The notes beneath the pieces are model-generated. The model made no database searches. It was not told the DNA's origin and saw nothing but the letters and a program-made list of their open reading frames with translations. DNA of 64,000 nucleotides from Nanoarchaeota archaeon SCGC AAA011-D5 (lineage in GTDB: Archaea; Nanobdellota; Nanobdellia; Pacearchaeales; GW2011-AR1). The DNA is taken from the NCBI GenBank assembly GCA_000405225.1, contig ASMP01000001.1, positions 69,191 to 133,190 on the forward strand, written 5' to 3'. The position numbers and the translations under genes were made by a program. Every line of letters begins with the position of its first letter. The first letter of the stretch is position 1. This document shows positions 45,574 to 54,773 of the stretch, in pieces.

Positions 45574-46326
45574 ATGCTGGAAGATGAAAAACCAGGAAAG
45601 GTTTCTGCCGGAAGTTTTGACCTTAACAAATGGCTTTACGGAGGCTACGAGGCAGGAATAATAACAATGATTGCAGGGCCTCCTGCGAGCGGGAAAACAA
45701 ATTTTGTTATTCTTGCAGCTTGCAGCCAGGCAAAAAAAGGCAGGAAAGTCATTTTCATAGACACTGAGGGCGGATTCAGCACAGAAAGGGTTAAGCAAAT
45801 AGTCGGGCAGGAAAATTACGAGGAAATCCTAAAAAACATCCTTCTTCTGAAGCCAATGAGTTTTGAAGAGCAGAAAAAATTATTCCTCAAGCTGGCAGAG
45901 CAGGTGAAAAAAGAAAACATAGGCCTCATTATCATAGATGGAATGGCTATGCATTATCGTTTAGAGCTAGGATATGTAAAAAATAAGGAAGCAAAAAATG
46001 AAGAGGAAATTAAAAAAGTCAACAGGGAACTTGCCTGGCAGATGAAGCTTCTTTCTGAAATTTCCCAAAAACAAAGAATTCCTGTTCTTATCACGAACCA
46101 GGTTTATTCTGAGTTTTTATCTGATGAGGAAAGAAAAAAAGGGGTCAAGCCAGGAGTCAATCTTGTTGGCGGCGATTTGATGAAATACTGGAGCAAGGCA
46201 ATAATTGAGCTTAAGAATGAAAACGGAAGAAAGAAAGCAATATTGCTGAAACACAGGAGCATGCCGCAGAAAGAAATGAATTTTGAAATAAGGGAAAAAG
46301 GAATATTTCGTAGGGGATGGTTATAG
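45574..46326 (+). CDS. radB: RecA-superfamily ATPase RadB-like
   Basis: Walker A GPPASGKT, Walker B LIIIDG. Short RadA-core-only architecture. Confidence 0.7.
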   Translation: MLEDEKPGKVSAGSFDLNKWLYGGYEAGIITMIAGPPASGKTNFVILAACSQAKKGRKVIFIDTEGGFSTERVKQIVGQENYEEILKNILLLKPMSFEEQKKLFLKLAEQVKKENIGLIIIDGMAMHYRLELGYVKNKEAKNEEEIKKVNRELAWQMKLLSEISQKQRIPVLITNQVYSEFLSDEERKKGVKPGVNLVGGDLMKYWSKAIIELKNENGRKKAILLKHRSMPQKEMNFEIREKGIFRRGWL

Positions 46327-46521
46327 AAATATTCCAAATTTGCCCCAGACGTCAAAACAAAGTTTTGCGTCGCGAAGCCAAAAATGGCTTCTGAAGCGTG
46401 GTCAAATTAAAGGCATTTTCAAAAGAGAGTGGATATAGACCATAGGACGTTACCTTTGCAAGAAAGAAGAAATAACTTTTAGGTGGTTCTCAAAGATTTT
46501 AAACATCTGTTTCTTTGATAG

Positions 46522-47748
46522 TTGATGCAGGAAAAAGAGGGTAAAGATATTCGTTTTGAAGTTATTAAAAAAATAGCAGATACAAGATTTAAGTACCGGG
46601 ATATTGGAAAAATTTCAGAGCTTTCCACCAGTTCTCCTCCGAGCGTTTTTATCGGAAGCAAATTAAAATATCCTTTGGTGAATGTAGGAATATTAAGCCC
46701 GCTGGAAAAAGATGAAGATGCCTGGATATATGATGATGCTGAATTCTGGGCAAAGAACAATTTTGGAATAAGAGATGTTGTAAGCCTAAGAGAAAGCCTG
46801 TTGAATTCCAGATTCCAGTCAAAAGTCACTGATCCAAGGTCAGGCAACAGGAAGTTTGTCAAAATGGCCCAGGAGCTTGCACTTGCTTCGAAACCAGTAG
46901 ACTTGGAGATTGAACTCAAATCCAGAGTCGGTCCGGGATTCAAAAGGGACAGGGTTGTTATTCCGCAGGGAATGAGTGCCCCTCTAAAAAAAGCAAAAAT
47001 TACGGGAAATGTAAAAATTAATCCTAAACTTGACAAGGTCATGAACGACGAGATAAAAGCGGCAGAAGCTGTAGAAATTCTTTATATGAACAACTTTTCA
47101 GAGTATATCTTAAGCAAGGTCCTTTCTGTTGGAGTTCTTGGTCTGAAAAAAGACAGGAAACTTGTTCCAACGAGATGGAGCATAACTGCCACAGACGATA
47201 TGATAGGAAAGAAACTACTTGAAAAAATAAGGGATTATCCATGGATTGAGAATCATGAATTATTTTTCGGAGAGTTTATGGGAAACTGCTACTTGGTCAT
47301 GTTATTCCCAAACATTTTCTCTTATGAGCTTTTTGAATTGTATCTGCCGGGAAGCTCGTGGAATCAGGGAAAAGAGATAAAAGCTTCCACAGACATGGAA
47401 GATTTCTATGGAAGAAAAAACTATGCAAGCAACACAGCAGGAGGATATTATGCTGCAAGGCTTCCTATCCTTGAGTACCTGGAAAAAGAGAAAAAACAAG
47501 CCTCTGTTCTGGCAATAAGGATCGAGCTTCCAAGCTACTGGGCTGCCCTCGGCGTATGGGTATGTCGAGAAGCCATGAAGAAAGTATTAGGCAATAATAA
47601 TCTTAAATTTTCAGACATGAAGGAAATGCTAGAGAGCGCGAGAAAAATAGGAATGATAAAGTTTGGTTATGACTCCTCGAAAATCCTGAAGAAAAGCAAA
47701 ATTCTGGAAAATATAAAAACCCAGACTACGCTTGGGAAGTGGTTTTAG
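46522..47748 (+). CDS. hypothetical protein
   Basis: 408-aa ORF, no confident domain assignment. Confidence 0.4.
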   Translation: MMQEKEGKDIRFEVIKKIADTRFKYRDIGKISELSTSSPPSVFIGSKLKYPLVNVGILSPLEKDEDAWIYDDAEFWAKNNFGIRDVVSLRESLLNSRFQSKVTDPRSGNRKFVKMAQELALASKPVDLEIELKSRVGPGFKRDRVVIPQGMSAPLKKAKITGNVKINPKLDKVMNDEIKAAEAVEILYMNNFSEYILSKVLSVGVLGLKKDRKLVPTRWSITATDDMIGKKLLEKIRDYPWIENHELFFGEFMGNCYLVMLFPNIFSYELFELYLPGSSWNQGKEIKASTDMEDFYGRKNYASNTAGGYYAARLPILEYLEKEKKQASVLAIRIELPSYWAALGVWVCREAMKKVLGNNNLKFSDMKEMLESARKIGMIKFGYDSSKILKKSKILENIKTQTTLGKWF

Positions 47749-47756
47749 GTTTATTC

Positions 47757-48164
47757 TTAGTTTTCTAAGCCTAAATCTCTGTTAAACCAAGGTCCTTCAC
47801 AATTATCTCTGAAATCTCTTCTGAGATATTTCCCTCTTTCATCAATTATCTCTATATAAAAAGCCTCTCCAACTTCAGCTTTTTTTCTAAGTAGAGGACT
47901 CATTTTTTCGTCTAAGATAATTCCTACTCTTACCTTATCCCCCTCTCTTACAGGAGTTGTTCCGTAAAAATTTAGCTGCGTAATTTCAATAGGAGGAATG
48001 GGATTTAAGTATACTCTCAAATAATTTCTATGGGAAGCATCTTTTCTTCCCCCCTCAGCGCTTGTTACATAACCTTCAATTCTAACTATTTTTAAGGTTT
48101 CAATTCCTCTTTCAGTTAAAATTTCAATTTTATTAGCAAGAGCTTCCAAACTAATTTTTCCCAT
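47757..48164 (-). CDS. hypothetical protein
   Basis: 135-aa ORF. Confidence 0.4.
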   Translation of the reverse strand: MGKISLEALANKIEILTERGIETLKIVRIEGYVTSAEGGRKDASHRNYLRVYLNPIPPIEITQLNFYGTTPVREGDKVRVGIILDEKMSPLLRKKAEVGEAFYIEIIDERGKYLRRDFRDNCEGPWFNRDLGLEN

Positions 48165-48223
48165 TTTTTTATGTGTGAATACAGATTTATAAAACCTACG
48201 GTTGTGTTATTACTTTAAAATTA

Positions 48224-48475
48224 CTATTTAAAATTATTCTCCTGCTTCTTCCTGTAAGCCTCAATCCTTTTCTTATTTGTCTCACATTCTTTGTTGAAAC
48301 AGAAAATCCATGGCTTTTTTCCTTTTCTTATTGATAAGAGCATTGGAAATCCGCAATGCTCGCAGATTTTGTCTGATTTTTTTATCAGGGAATCTGGTGG
48401 CAGGGAATAAAGATTCTTACATTGGGGATAATTTGTGCATCCTACAAAGCTCCTTTTTGTCTTTTTTGAATACAT
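48224..48475 (-). CDS. topA: topoisomerase-type zinc-ribbon domain (C-terminal part of topA, separated by a frame change in an A7 run)
   Basis: GCTNYPQCKN and CEHCG...CFNKEC zinc ribbons. Upstream in-phase translation reads ...LNICPVCKKGSLQIM..., and joins the topA frame if one A is added at 48647-48653. Confidence 0.6.
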   Translation of the reverse strand: MYSKKTKRSFVGCTNYPQCKNLYSLPPDSLIKKSDKICEHCGFPMLLSIRKGKKPWIFCFNKECETNKKRIEAYRKKQENNFK

Positions 48476-48639
48476 TATCTGCAGGCTGCCTTTCTTGCAG
48501 ACAGGGCAGATGTTGAGTTTGTTTTCCTCCCTCTGCTGAATCCAGAGCTTTGTATTTGCATCCGCAAGTTCCTCGCCTATTTCTTTTTCCTGTGATTTGA
48601 ACTGTTCTGAAATCTTTATTATCGTGTTTTTTGCTTCTT

Positions 48640-50547
48640 CTATGACTTTTTTTCTTTTTCAATATAGTTCTTTTTTGAAGCTTGAATGGCGTTCATTTCT
48701 TTTTCAAAATTTCTCGTGAGGGATTCATCGATTATTATCGGGCTATGTTTTTCCATAGTTTCTATCAGAGAAATTCCCAGTGAAGTAGCTTTTATACTCT
48801 GGCCATGTATGTATCCCCTATCATAAAGAGTTTCTAATATGGCGGACCTGGTGGCTTTTGTTCCCAGATTTCTTTTTTCCAGCTCTGAAATAACAGATGC
48901 TGGAGAGTATCTGTGCGGAGGCTGTGTTTCTTTTTCAATTATATCCAGATTAGAAATTTTTATTTTCCCGTTTACGTCCGGAATTTCCTCTTCTTTAAAT
49001 TTTAAAGGATAAATGCTTAACCATCCCTTTTTTATGATTGTGGAGCCTCTTGCATAGAAGATTAAATTACTAATTTTTGCACTTATTGTTTTGTTTTCAA
49101 GAACAGCGTCTTCACAGAACAAGGAAAGAAATCTTTTTACTATAATGTCATAGATTTTTTTTTCGTCATCGCTTAAATTTCCAGTATTCTCTGTTGGATA
49201 TATCGAAGGATGAGCCGGATCTGTTTTTTTCCCCTCTACAGGCTTTTCTCTTGTAAGGAGTTTTTCAGCTTTATATTTTATTGCAAGATTTCTGAGAATT
49301 TCCCCGTAGTTTATAGAAGGCGGAAGCTTCTGGCTGGAAGTTCTTGGATAAGAAATCAAACCCGCCAGATAAAGATTCTGTGCAATCTGGAGGGTTTTCC
49401 CCGGATTTAAGCCAAATAATCTGTATGCCTCTGTCTGTAAATTCGTGAGATTAAATGGCGGGTTTGGCGGAATCTCTTCCCTCTTTTTCTTTGTTTCTAC
49501 ATCTGCACTTTTTCCTAGAAGTTCCTTAAATTTCCCAAGTTCTTCTTTTTTGAAAATGTCTCTGTTATGCACCAGCTCTATCTTGGGACTTTCCAGAGTG
49601 ATAAAGATCTGCCAGTAAGCTTGTGGTTTAAATGAAGAAATCTGTTTTTCTTTTTGGACTATCATATTAAGGGCAGGGCCTTGGACTCTTCCTATAGACA
49701 TTATCTTGAATTTTCCGATAGCCTTTAAAGCATTCATCAAAGCTCTTGAAAGATTTATCCCATAGAACCAATCCAGATAATGTCTTGTTTCTCCTGCAAT
49801 TGCCTGGCCCCAATCCAGGCTCGGGAATTTTTTTTCGTAAGAATCATTCAGCTCTTTTTGTGTCAGGGTTGAAAATTTCATTCTTGAAGCATCTTTCTGG
49901 TTTCCGATAAATCTTACGACATTCAGGCCAATGACCTCTCCTTCTATGTCATAATCCGTGGCAACAGTCATGGAACCGGAGTTTTTTACAAGTCTTGCAA
50001 GAACATCGTGGTATTTCTTGCTGAAATCGCCCTTTCGTACCATGTAATTTGGAACCCATTTTATGTCAAAAACAGGGATTCCAGAACCAGAAGATGTCTG
50101 CGCCAAAGTAAAGAGATGCCCGACAGCAGACGCAACCACAATTTTTTTCCCTTGCCTGTCGACTTCATAATAGGGAACCCCGTTAATGCTTTTTTGAACT
50201 GATTTTCCAAGGCTGGAAGCGATTTTTAATGCTGCCTGTGGTTTTTCGGTGATGATTAATTCATAGCCATCCGGAACCAAGGTTATTTTTTGCGGAATAT
50301 ATTCTGATTTTGTTTTACCTGTTTTTTTAGCTCCACCTCTTACAGATTTCTTTTTTACTGGGTGGATTTTGGGTGTTTTTTTAAAAATAGCCTCCCCCTC
50401 TTTTTCTATCTTCACCAATGATTTTAAATCAGGCTTTTTGTAAGCTTTTTCCACAGCATACTTGACGTCTTTTTGCTCTACAGGAAAAAATTGCTCTGCA
50501 GAAATTTCTGCTTTTGTCTTTTTTTGTCTTCGTGGCATGCCTTTCAT
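48640..50547 (-). CDS. topA: DNA topoisomerase I (type IA)
   Basis: TOPRIM ITEKPQAALKIA, DxD (ATDYDIEGE), catalytic-Tyr region GLISYPRTSS. Confidence 0.85.
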   Translation of the reverse strand: MKGMPRRQKKTKAEISAEQFFPVEQKDVKYAVEKAYKKPDLKSLVKIEKEGEAIFKKTPKIHPVKKKSVRGGAKKTGKTKSEYIPQKITLVPDGYELIITEKPQAALKIASSLGKSVQKSINGVPYYEVDRQGKKIVVASAVGHLFTLAQTSSGSGIPVFDIKWVPNYMVRKGDFSKKYHDVLARLVKNSGSMTVATDYDIEGEVIGLNVVRFIGNQKDASRMKFSTLTQKELNDSYEKKFPSLDWGQAIAGETRHYLDWFYGINLSRALMNALKAIGKFKIMSIGRVQGPALNMIVQKEKQISSFKPQAYWQIFITLESPKIELVHNRDIFKKEELGKFKELLGKSADVETKKKREEIPPNPPFNLTNLQTEAYRLFGLNPGKTLQIAQNLYLAGLISYPRTSSQKLPPSINYGEILRNLAIKYKAEKLLTREKPVEGKKTDPAHPSIYPTENTGNLSDDEKKIYDIIVKRFLSLFCEDAVLENKTISAKISNLIFYARGSTIIKKGWLSIYPLKFKEEEIPDVNGKIKISNLDIIEKETQPPHRYSPASVISELEKRNLGTKATRSAILETLYDRGYIHGQSIKATSLGISLIETMEKHSPIIIDESLTRNFEKEMNAIQASKKNYIEKEKKS

Positions 50548-50647
50548 TACTTATTTTCGTTAATAAACATTACGAAATACCATCTCCCAAAAGGTTTAAA
50601 AGCACACCACTTATGGGATATATACTTTAAAATACACACGTCCAAAG

Positions 50648-50914
50648 ATGAAAGACAATTTTGACATCTTTTTTAGGAGAAAGCCGGCCTTGATGCTGGT
50701 TTCCTTGAAAAAGAACACGAGGATGAGGTACGGCAGTATTTTGGCTAAGGAAGTAGACTGCACTTACAGCCACGCAGTGAAGATTCTGCAGACGCTTGAA
50801 ATCTTGAAATTGGTTGATTTTGAAAAAAGAGGGCGGATAAAAATTATAAAATTGACCAAGAAAGGCAGAGAAGTTGCAGACGCTATAGAAAACATTCAGA
50901 AACTGATCAGATAA
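50648..50914 (+). CDS. winged-helix DNA-binding protein
   Basis: 88 aa. MRYGSILAKEVDCTYSHAVKILQTLEILKLV wHTH pattern. Confidence 0.45.
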   Translation: MKDNFDIFFRRKPALMLVSLKKNTRMRYGSILAKEVDCTYSHAVKILQTLEILKLVDFEKRGRIKIIKLTKKGREVADAIENIQKLIR

Positions 50915-51125
50915 GGCAAGAATTCTGATAACTACCGCCCAACGCATTTGTTTTTTCTTACCTGCTGGTATATTTCAGGTTATCTAGATTTTAGCAAATA
51001 TTGATGACTACGGCAACAACATATATTTAAACTTCTTCCTCTAAATTTTTTTAAGGCTCCGCAGCTCATGAGGGGTAAACCCCTACAATAACCCCCTTTA
51101 AAGCGGTTATTCGCTACGGACCAAA

Positions 51126-51257
51126 GGCTCCGTAGCTCAGCCTGGTAGAGCACTGGACTCTTATGAGGAGAACCAAGGTTCTCCCTACACTACCCTCTCC
51201 TTTACAAGAGAAATCAGAGAGATCCAGGTGTCGTGGGTTCAAATCCCATCGGGGCCA
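51126..51257 (+). tRNA. tRNA-Lys (anticodon CTT) with 58-nt intron (51164-51221)
   Basis: Acceptor GGCTCCG/CGGGGCC, D arm GCTC-AGCCTGGTA-GAGC, anticodon stem CTGGA/TCCAG, loop CTCTTA|intron|A, T arm GTGGG-TTCAAAT-CCCAT, discriminator A. Confidence 0.85.
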
Positions 51258-51307
51258 TACAGCATTTTTGATTAAAGAAAGGTTTAAATACTTTAAGTGC
51301 ATATGAA

Positions 51308-51598
51308 ATGCATACTAAATACACACAAAATCACATGGCAAATGAAACTGTTTCAGCAAGAGTTGAATTAAATGATTATGCAAACAGGGTTTTAGGTATG
51401 ATAAAATTAAAATATGGGCTGAAAGACAAGTCAGAGGCCCTGAATAAGTTCATTGAACTTTATGGACACGATATTCTTGAAAGAGAGGCAACGGAAGAAT
51501 ATGTAAAAAAAATTATTGAAATATCTAAGAATCATTTTAAGAAACATGGGCATAAAAAGATGAGTTTACGGGAACTTGATAAACTCTCTGGAGTTTAA
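51308..51598 (+). CDS. putative antitoxin (paralog of 20408-20653)
   Basis: 96 aa. Shared KLKYGLKDKSEAL core. Stop abuts toxin start. Confidence 0.5.
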   Translation: MHTKYTQNHMANETVSARVELNDYANRVLGMIKLKYGLKDKSEALNKFIELYGHDILEREATEEYVKKIIEISKNHFKKHGHKKMSLRELDKLSGV

Positions 51599-51889
51599 AT
51601 GTTTGATTTTAATCTTACAGATGAACTTAAGTCGATAATAGAAAAATTAGCAAAAAAGGACAAAAAAAGATCCGAGATTATAAATAAAAAAATAAAGCAG
51701 ATAATTAACTCTGATTCTGCATCTATACAGCATTATAAGAATTTAAGACAGGATTTAAAAGAATTTAAAGCTGTTCATATAGATTCAAGTTTTGTTCTTG
51801 TTTTTAGAGTTGATATTGCTAAGAATTTTATTCTTTTCGTTGACTTTGACCACCACGATAAAATCTATAAGAAAAAATATAGATTATGA
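51599..51889 (+). CDS. RelE/ParE-family toxin (paralog of 20655-20930)
   Basis: FKAVHIDSSFVLVFRVDIAKNFILFVDFDHHDKIYKK. Confidence 0.65.
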   Translation: MFDFNLTDELKSIIEKLAKKDKKRSEIINKKIKQIINSDSASIQHYKNLRQDLKEFKAVHIDSSFVLVFRVDIAKNFILFVDFDHHDKIYKKKYRL

Positions 51890-51943
51890 CTGAAAAGGTA
51901 TCACTTCTGATAATTGATCATCGGGGCTATTTTTCTTGCAAGA

Positions 51944-52513
51944 TCACACAGAAATAAATTTTATACTGGCATTGGCCATCTTTCTGTGGAAGTCAAGATC
52001 AGGGCTGATATCTTTTGATTCAAATATCACTAAATCTAAACCCTCCCAAAAAAGGAACCAGCCTGCTGGCTCAAGAAGAATTGTGAAAAAACTGGTCATA
52101 AAACTTTCATTTTTAAACCTAAAAAATAAGTAAGTAGCTACAAACATTAGAGCAATGCCAACTATTGTAAAAGAAAGCCCTGTTTTTATTGTCTTCTTTT
52201 TTTGCTTTTTTAATATGTGAAGATGTTTTTTAAAATACTTTTTCAGCCTGTCTTCTATTCTTGCCTCTTCCTTTAAGTTTCTCTCTTCTTTTGGCATCAT
52301 AAAAATAAAATCCATCTCCTCTTCCTTCACCAGACATGCTCTTTTTGCTTCAGAGAGAAAATCATCAGAAAACCCTCTTTGAGGTAGTGGTCTTGGGTCA
52401 AAATTAGAGAAAATGTCCTCGTATTTTTTAATCGCAAATCTTACTTCAGAACTCTCCCAAGAATCCTCTTCCTCCTCTTTCTCTGCTTGCATATTTATTA
52501 AAACAAACCGCAA
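51944..52513 (-). CDS. hypothetical membrane protein
   Basis: Acidic N-terminus, two C-terminal TM helices. Confidence 0.4.
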   Translation of the reverse strand: MRFVLINMQAEKEEEEDSWESSEVRFAIKKYEDIFSNFDPRPLPQRGFSDDFLSEAKRACLVKEEEMDFIFMMPKEERNLKEEARIEDRLKKYFKKHLHILKKQKKKTIKTGLSFTIVGIALMFVATYLFFRFKNESFMTSFFTILLEPAGWFLFWEGLDLVIFESKDISPDLDFHRKMANASIKFISV

Positions 52514-52641
52514 TTTAAAATTCTATCACTTCTCTTATTAATAACAAATTGTTGCCAATATTAAGATATAAGCTTCCATTTTCATATTTACAACCAATTC
52601 CATAAATTCCAGAATATTCTGACATTTTAATCAAAATAAAA

Positions 52642-52956
52642 TTACCTATATTCACGCCAGGTGTTCTCGCACTTGGTGCATTTGAAGAACTTAGTCTCTG
52701 CCTCGTCTGTTGCCCTTGTCTGGCGGGTCCAGAAGTATGCCTTTTTGTTACCGCATTTTTCGCATGACTTTTCAAGGTCTATTGTAGGATAGACCTCAAC
52801 ATCTTTTTCCTTTATTACCGCGACTTCTTGCTTCCTTCCTATCTTTTCAGAGGTTTTTATCTTCATCTTTGACTTAGAAGAATAGCCACATCTAGGGCAA
52901 CCCATATTCTTGGTTTTCATTACGAGAACAGAACCACACCTCGGACAAAATTCCAT
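52642..52956 (-). CDS. tfs: transcription factor S / RNA polymerase subunit M
   Basis: N-terminal ribbon CPRCG...CPRCG and C-terminal TFIIS-type ribbon CEKCGNKKAYFWTRQTRATDEAETKFFKCTKC. Confidence 0.8.
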   Translation of the reverse strand: MEFCPRCGSVLVMKTKNMGCPRCGYSSKSKMKIKTSEKIGRKQEVAVIKEKDVEVYPTIDLEKSCEKCGNKKAYFWTRQTRATDEAETKFFKCTKCENTWREYR

Positions 52957-53254
52957 TTTAGTTTTTATTCTAAATTAAGTCTGTTTAAAAACTTTACTGT
53001 TAATTCCATATTTTCCTCTTGATTTTGCAACCTGTTGTGATATTAGGAAATTCACTTGCTAAGTGCCTTGATAACTTGATCATAGATTTTCACCCATTTT
53101 TGATGCCACCGAACAGAACCAACATTTTTCACAGGTTTTTTGCCTTGAAGAATCAAGCGACGCTGATGCTTAGCCCACTGCGTGTGGATATCCCGTGCAT
53201 AGCTCATGCCTTGAATCAGTTTCCTATTTTTCATAGAGTTCATCATCTTGTCCC

Positions 53255-53887
53255 TTAATTTTCATTGCATGGTCCCCTTTCAGACTTTGGTTTTTGCCAG
53301 TCATAAAATGCCAGCTTTATCCATCCGAAATAAGGAGCAAGCTTTACAACAGCTTTTCCGACCAACATTTCCTCTGTTACCCCGCCTTCAAATTCAAGCT
53401 GTCCATTGTTATTATCCCCGATTGTGGAAAATATTTTCTCTTCATTCTCTGTGCTGGTTATGCTAATTATCCTATGTATTACTGGATTTTTCTGATTTGC
53501 ATTGAAAATTATTATGTCCCCCTCTTCAAGCTTTTCGGGGTTTGCTCTTACTATGAACAATATGTCTCCTTTGCTGAAGCCATTCTTCATGGGAAAACCC
53601 CTGAAGTCCGATTCATTTACTGAAAATTCAGAATATTTGCCTTCATGTCTCTGCCACCATGAATTAAAGTTGCTGAATAAATTTCCCTGATGGTACATGC
53701 TGCAGGATTCCACTATGGCCAGTGGGAGAGGGGTTCCTGTTATAAGGCTTAGTCCTGGAAAGAAAATGAACTTTATGAAGATGAAAAGAAAAACTATAGA
53801 GAACACCCAGCCTTTGAAGCTGTCATCTTTCCAGAGAAAAAACCAGAATTTTCCCCAATAGTCTTTCAGACTCTTTTTTAAATCCAT
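53255..53887 (-). CDS. signal peptidase I (archaeal Sec11-type)
   Basis: N-terminal TM, Ser box SCSMYH, GDNN motif. Confidence 0.65.
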   Translation of the reverse strand: MDLKKSLKDYWGKFWFFLWKDDSFKGWVFSIVFLFIFIKFIFFPGLSLITGTPLPLAIVESCSMYHQGNLFSNFNSWWQRHEGKYSEFSVNESDFRGFPMKNGFSKGDILFIVRANPEKLEEGDIIIFNANQKNPVIHRIISITSTENEEKIFSTIGDNNNGQLEFEGGVTEEMLVGKAVVKLAPYFGWIKLAFYDWQKPKSERGPCNEN

Positions 53888-54134
53888 TAAAAATTTAATC
53901 CGCGGATGTTTTTAAAGTATCTCACCGAAATAAAATAAATACTTTTTAAACAAAGCCTCAATCACCGAAATATTTAAATAGTATACTCTTTATGTGTATA
54001 CATTAGAGTGTATACCACCTCTTTTCAACCCAACCGCCGTGTCTGAATCGTTAAAAAAGAATGAAGACAAACGAATCAAGGCACGGTTGTTATACTTAAA
54101 TAAAAACCAGAAAAACAAAAAGAAAACATAGAAA

Positions 54135-54641
54135 ATGGCAGATATTTTTGACAATCCCATACTTTGCAAGGACTGCAATTCTAGAATGAAGCAGACAACC
54201 TTTGAAAAGAACGGATTTTTAATAAGGGTTGTTGTGTGTGATAAATGCGGCCACAGAATCCTTCATCCCAATGATGAGGCAGAATATCACAGATTTGTGG
54301 ATTTAAGGAACAAGGAATTCAGGGTAAAAATGAGGCTTGTAGGAAACAGTTATGCAGTTTCTATTCCAAAAGAGATAGTCTCCTTCCTAAGGGAAATGAA
54401 AGAGCAGGAAAAGAAAATGAATGACATGGTAAGTCTCTGTTTTGAGGATTTCGGAAGATTGAGTTTGGATTTTAATAGCAGCTTAAAGGAACAAAAAGGG
54501 AATTCGAGAATTGTTAAAGCAAGAGAGCTTAAAGTCGTGAAGAACAACAAGCCTGTTTTACATATCAGGCATTTTTCCGATTCTGCAAATCCAAAAAATA
54601 ATAAAACACAGGTGTTTAAGAAAATTAAAGAGGAGGAATAA
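54135..54641 (+). CDS. zinc-ribbon plus AbrB/SpoVT-like domain protein
   Basis: CKDCNS...CDKCGH ribbon. VGNSYAVSIPKEIV swapped-hairpin motif. Confidence 0.45.
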   Translation: MADIFDNPILCKDCNSRMKQTTFEKNGFLIRVVVCDKCGHRILHPNDEAEYHRFVDLRNKEFRVKMRLVGNSYAVSIPKEIVSFLREMKEQEKKMNDMVSLCFEDFGRLSLDFNSSLKEQKGNSRIVKARELKVVKNNKPVLHIRHFSDSANPKNNKTQVFKKIKEEE

Positions 54642-54773
54642 AATGAAATTTATCCTAGAAATAAGCGAAAGGGAAAGAGATGCTTTAAAGAAAGCGGGAA
54701 AAGAAATAAAAAACGTATTCAAAAAGATTGCCGATAGTTTTGAAATAAAAGTCGTTAAAAACAAAAAATAAAA

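Noticed and set aside
46479-47042. 187-aa minus-strand ORF overlapping the 408-aa plus-strand gene at 46522-47748
   Set aside because: Ser/Leu-rich low-complexity translation entirely antisense to a longer ORF with a coherent start and intergenic context. Judged spurious.
51164-51221. Possible C/D-box sRNA within the tRNA-Lys intron (AUGAGGA near the 5' junction)
   Set aside because: Only a partial C-box-like string is present. No CUGA D box and no guide-complementary stretch. The intron is better described as a simple hairpin.
51258-52513. Integrated mobile element immediately downstream of tRNA-Lys
   Set aside because: A TA pair and a 5' partial tRNA duplicate are present, but I found no integrase gene and no direct repeat of the tRNA 3' end downstream within the window. 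This is kept only as a hypothesis under the tRNA-Lys finding.
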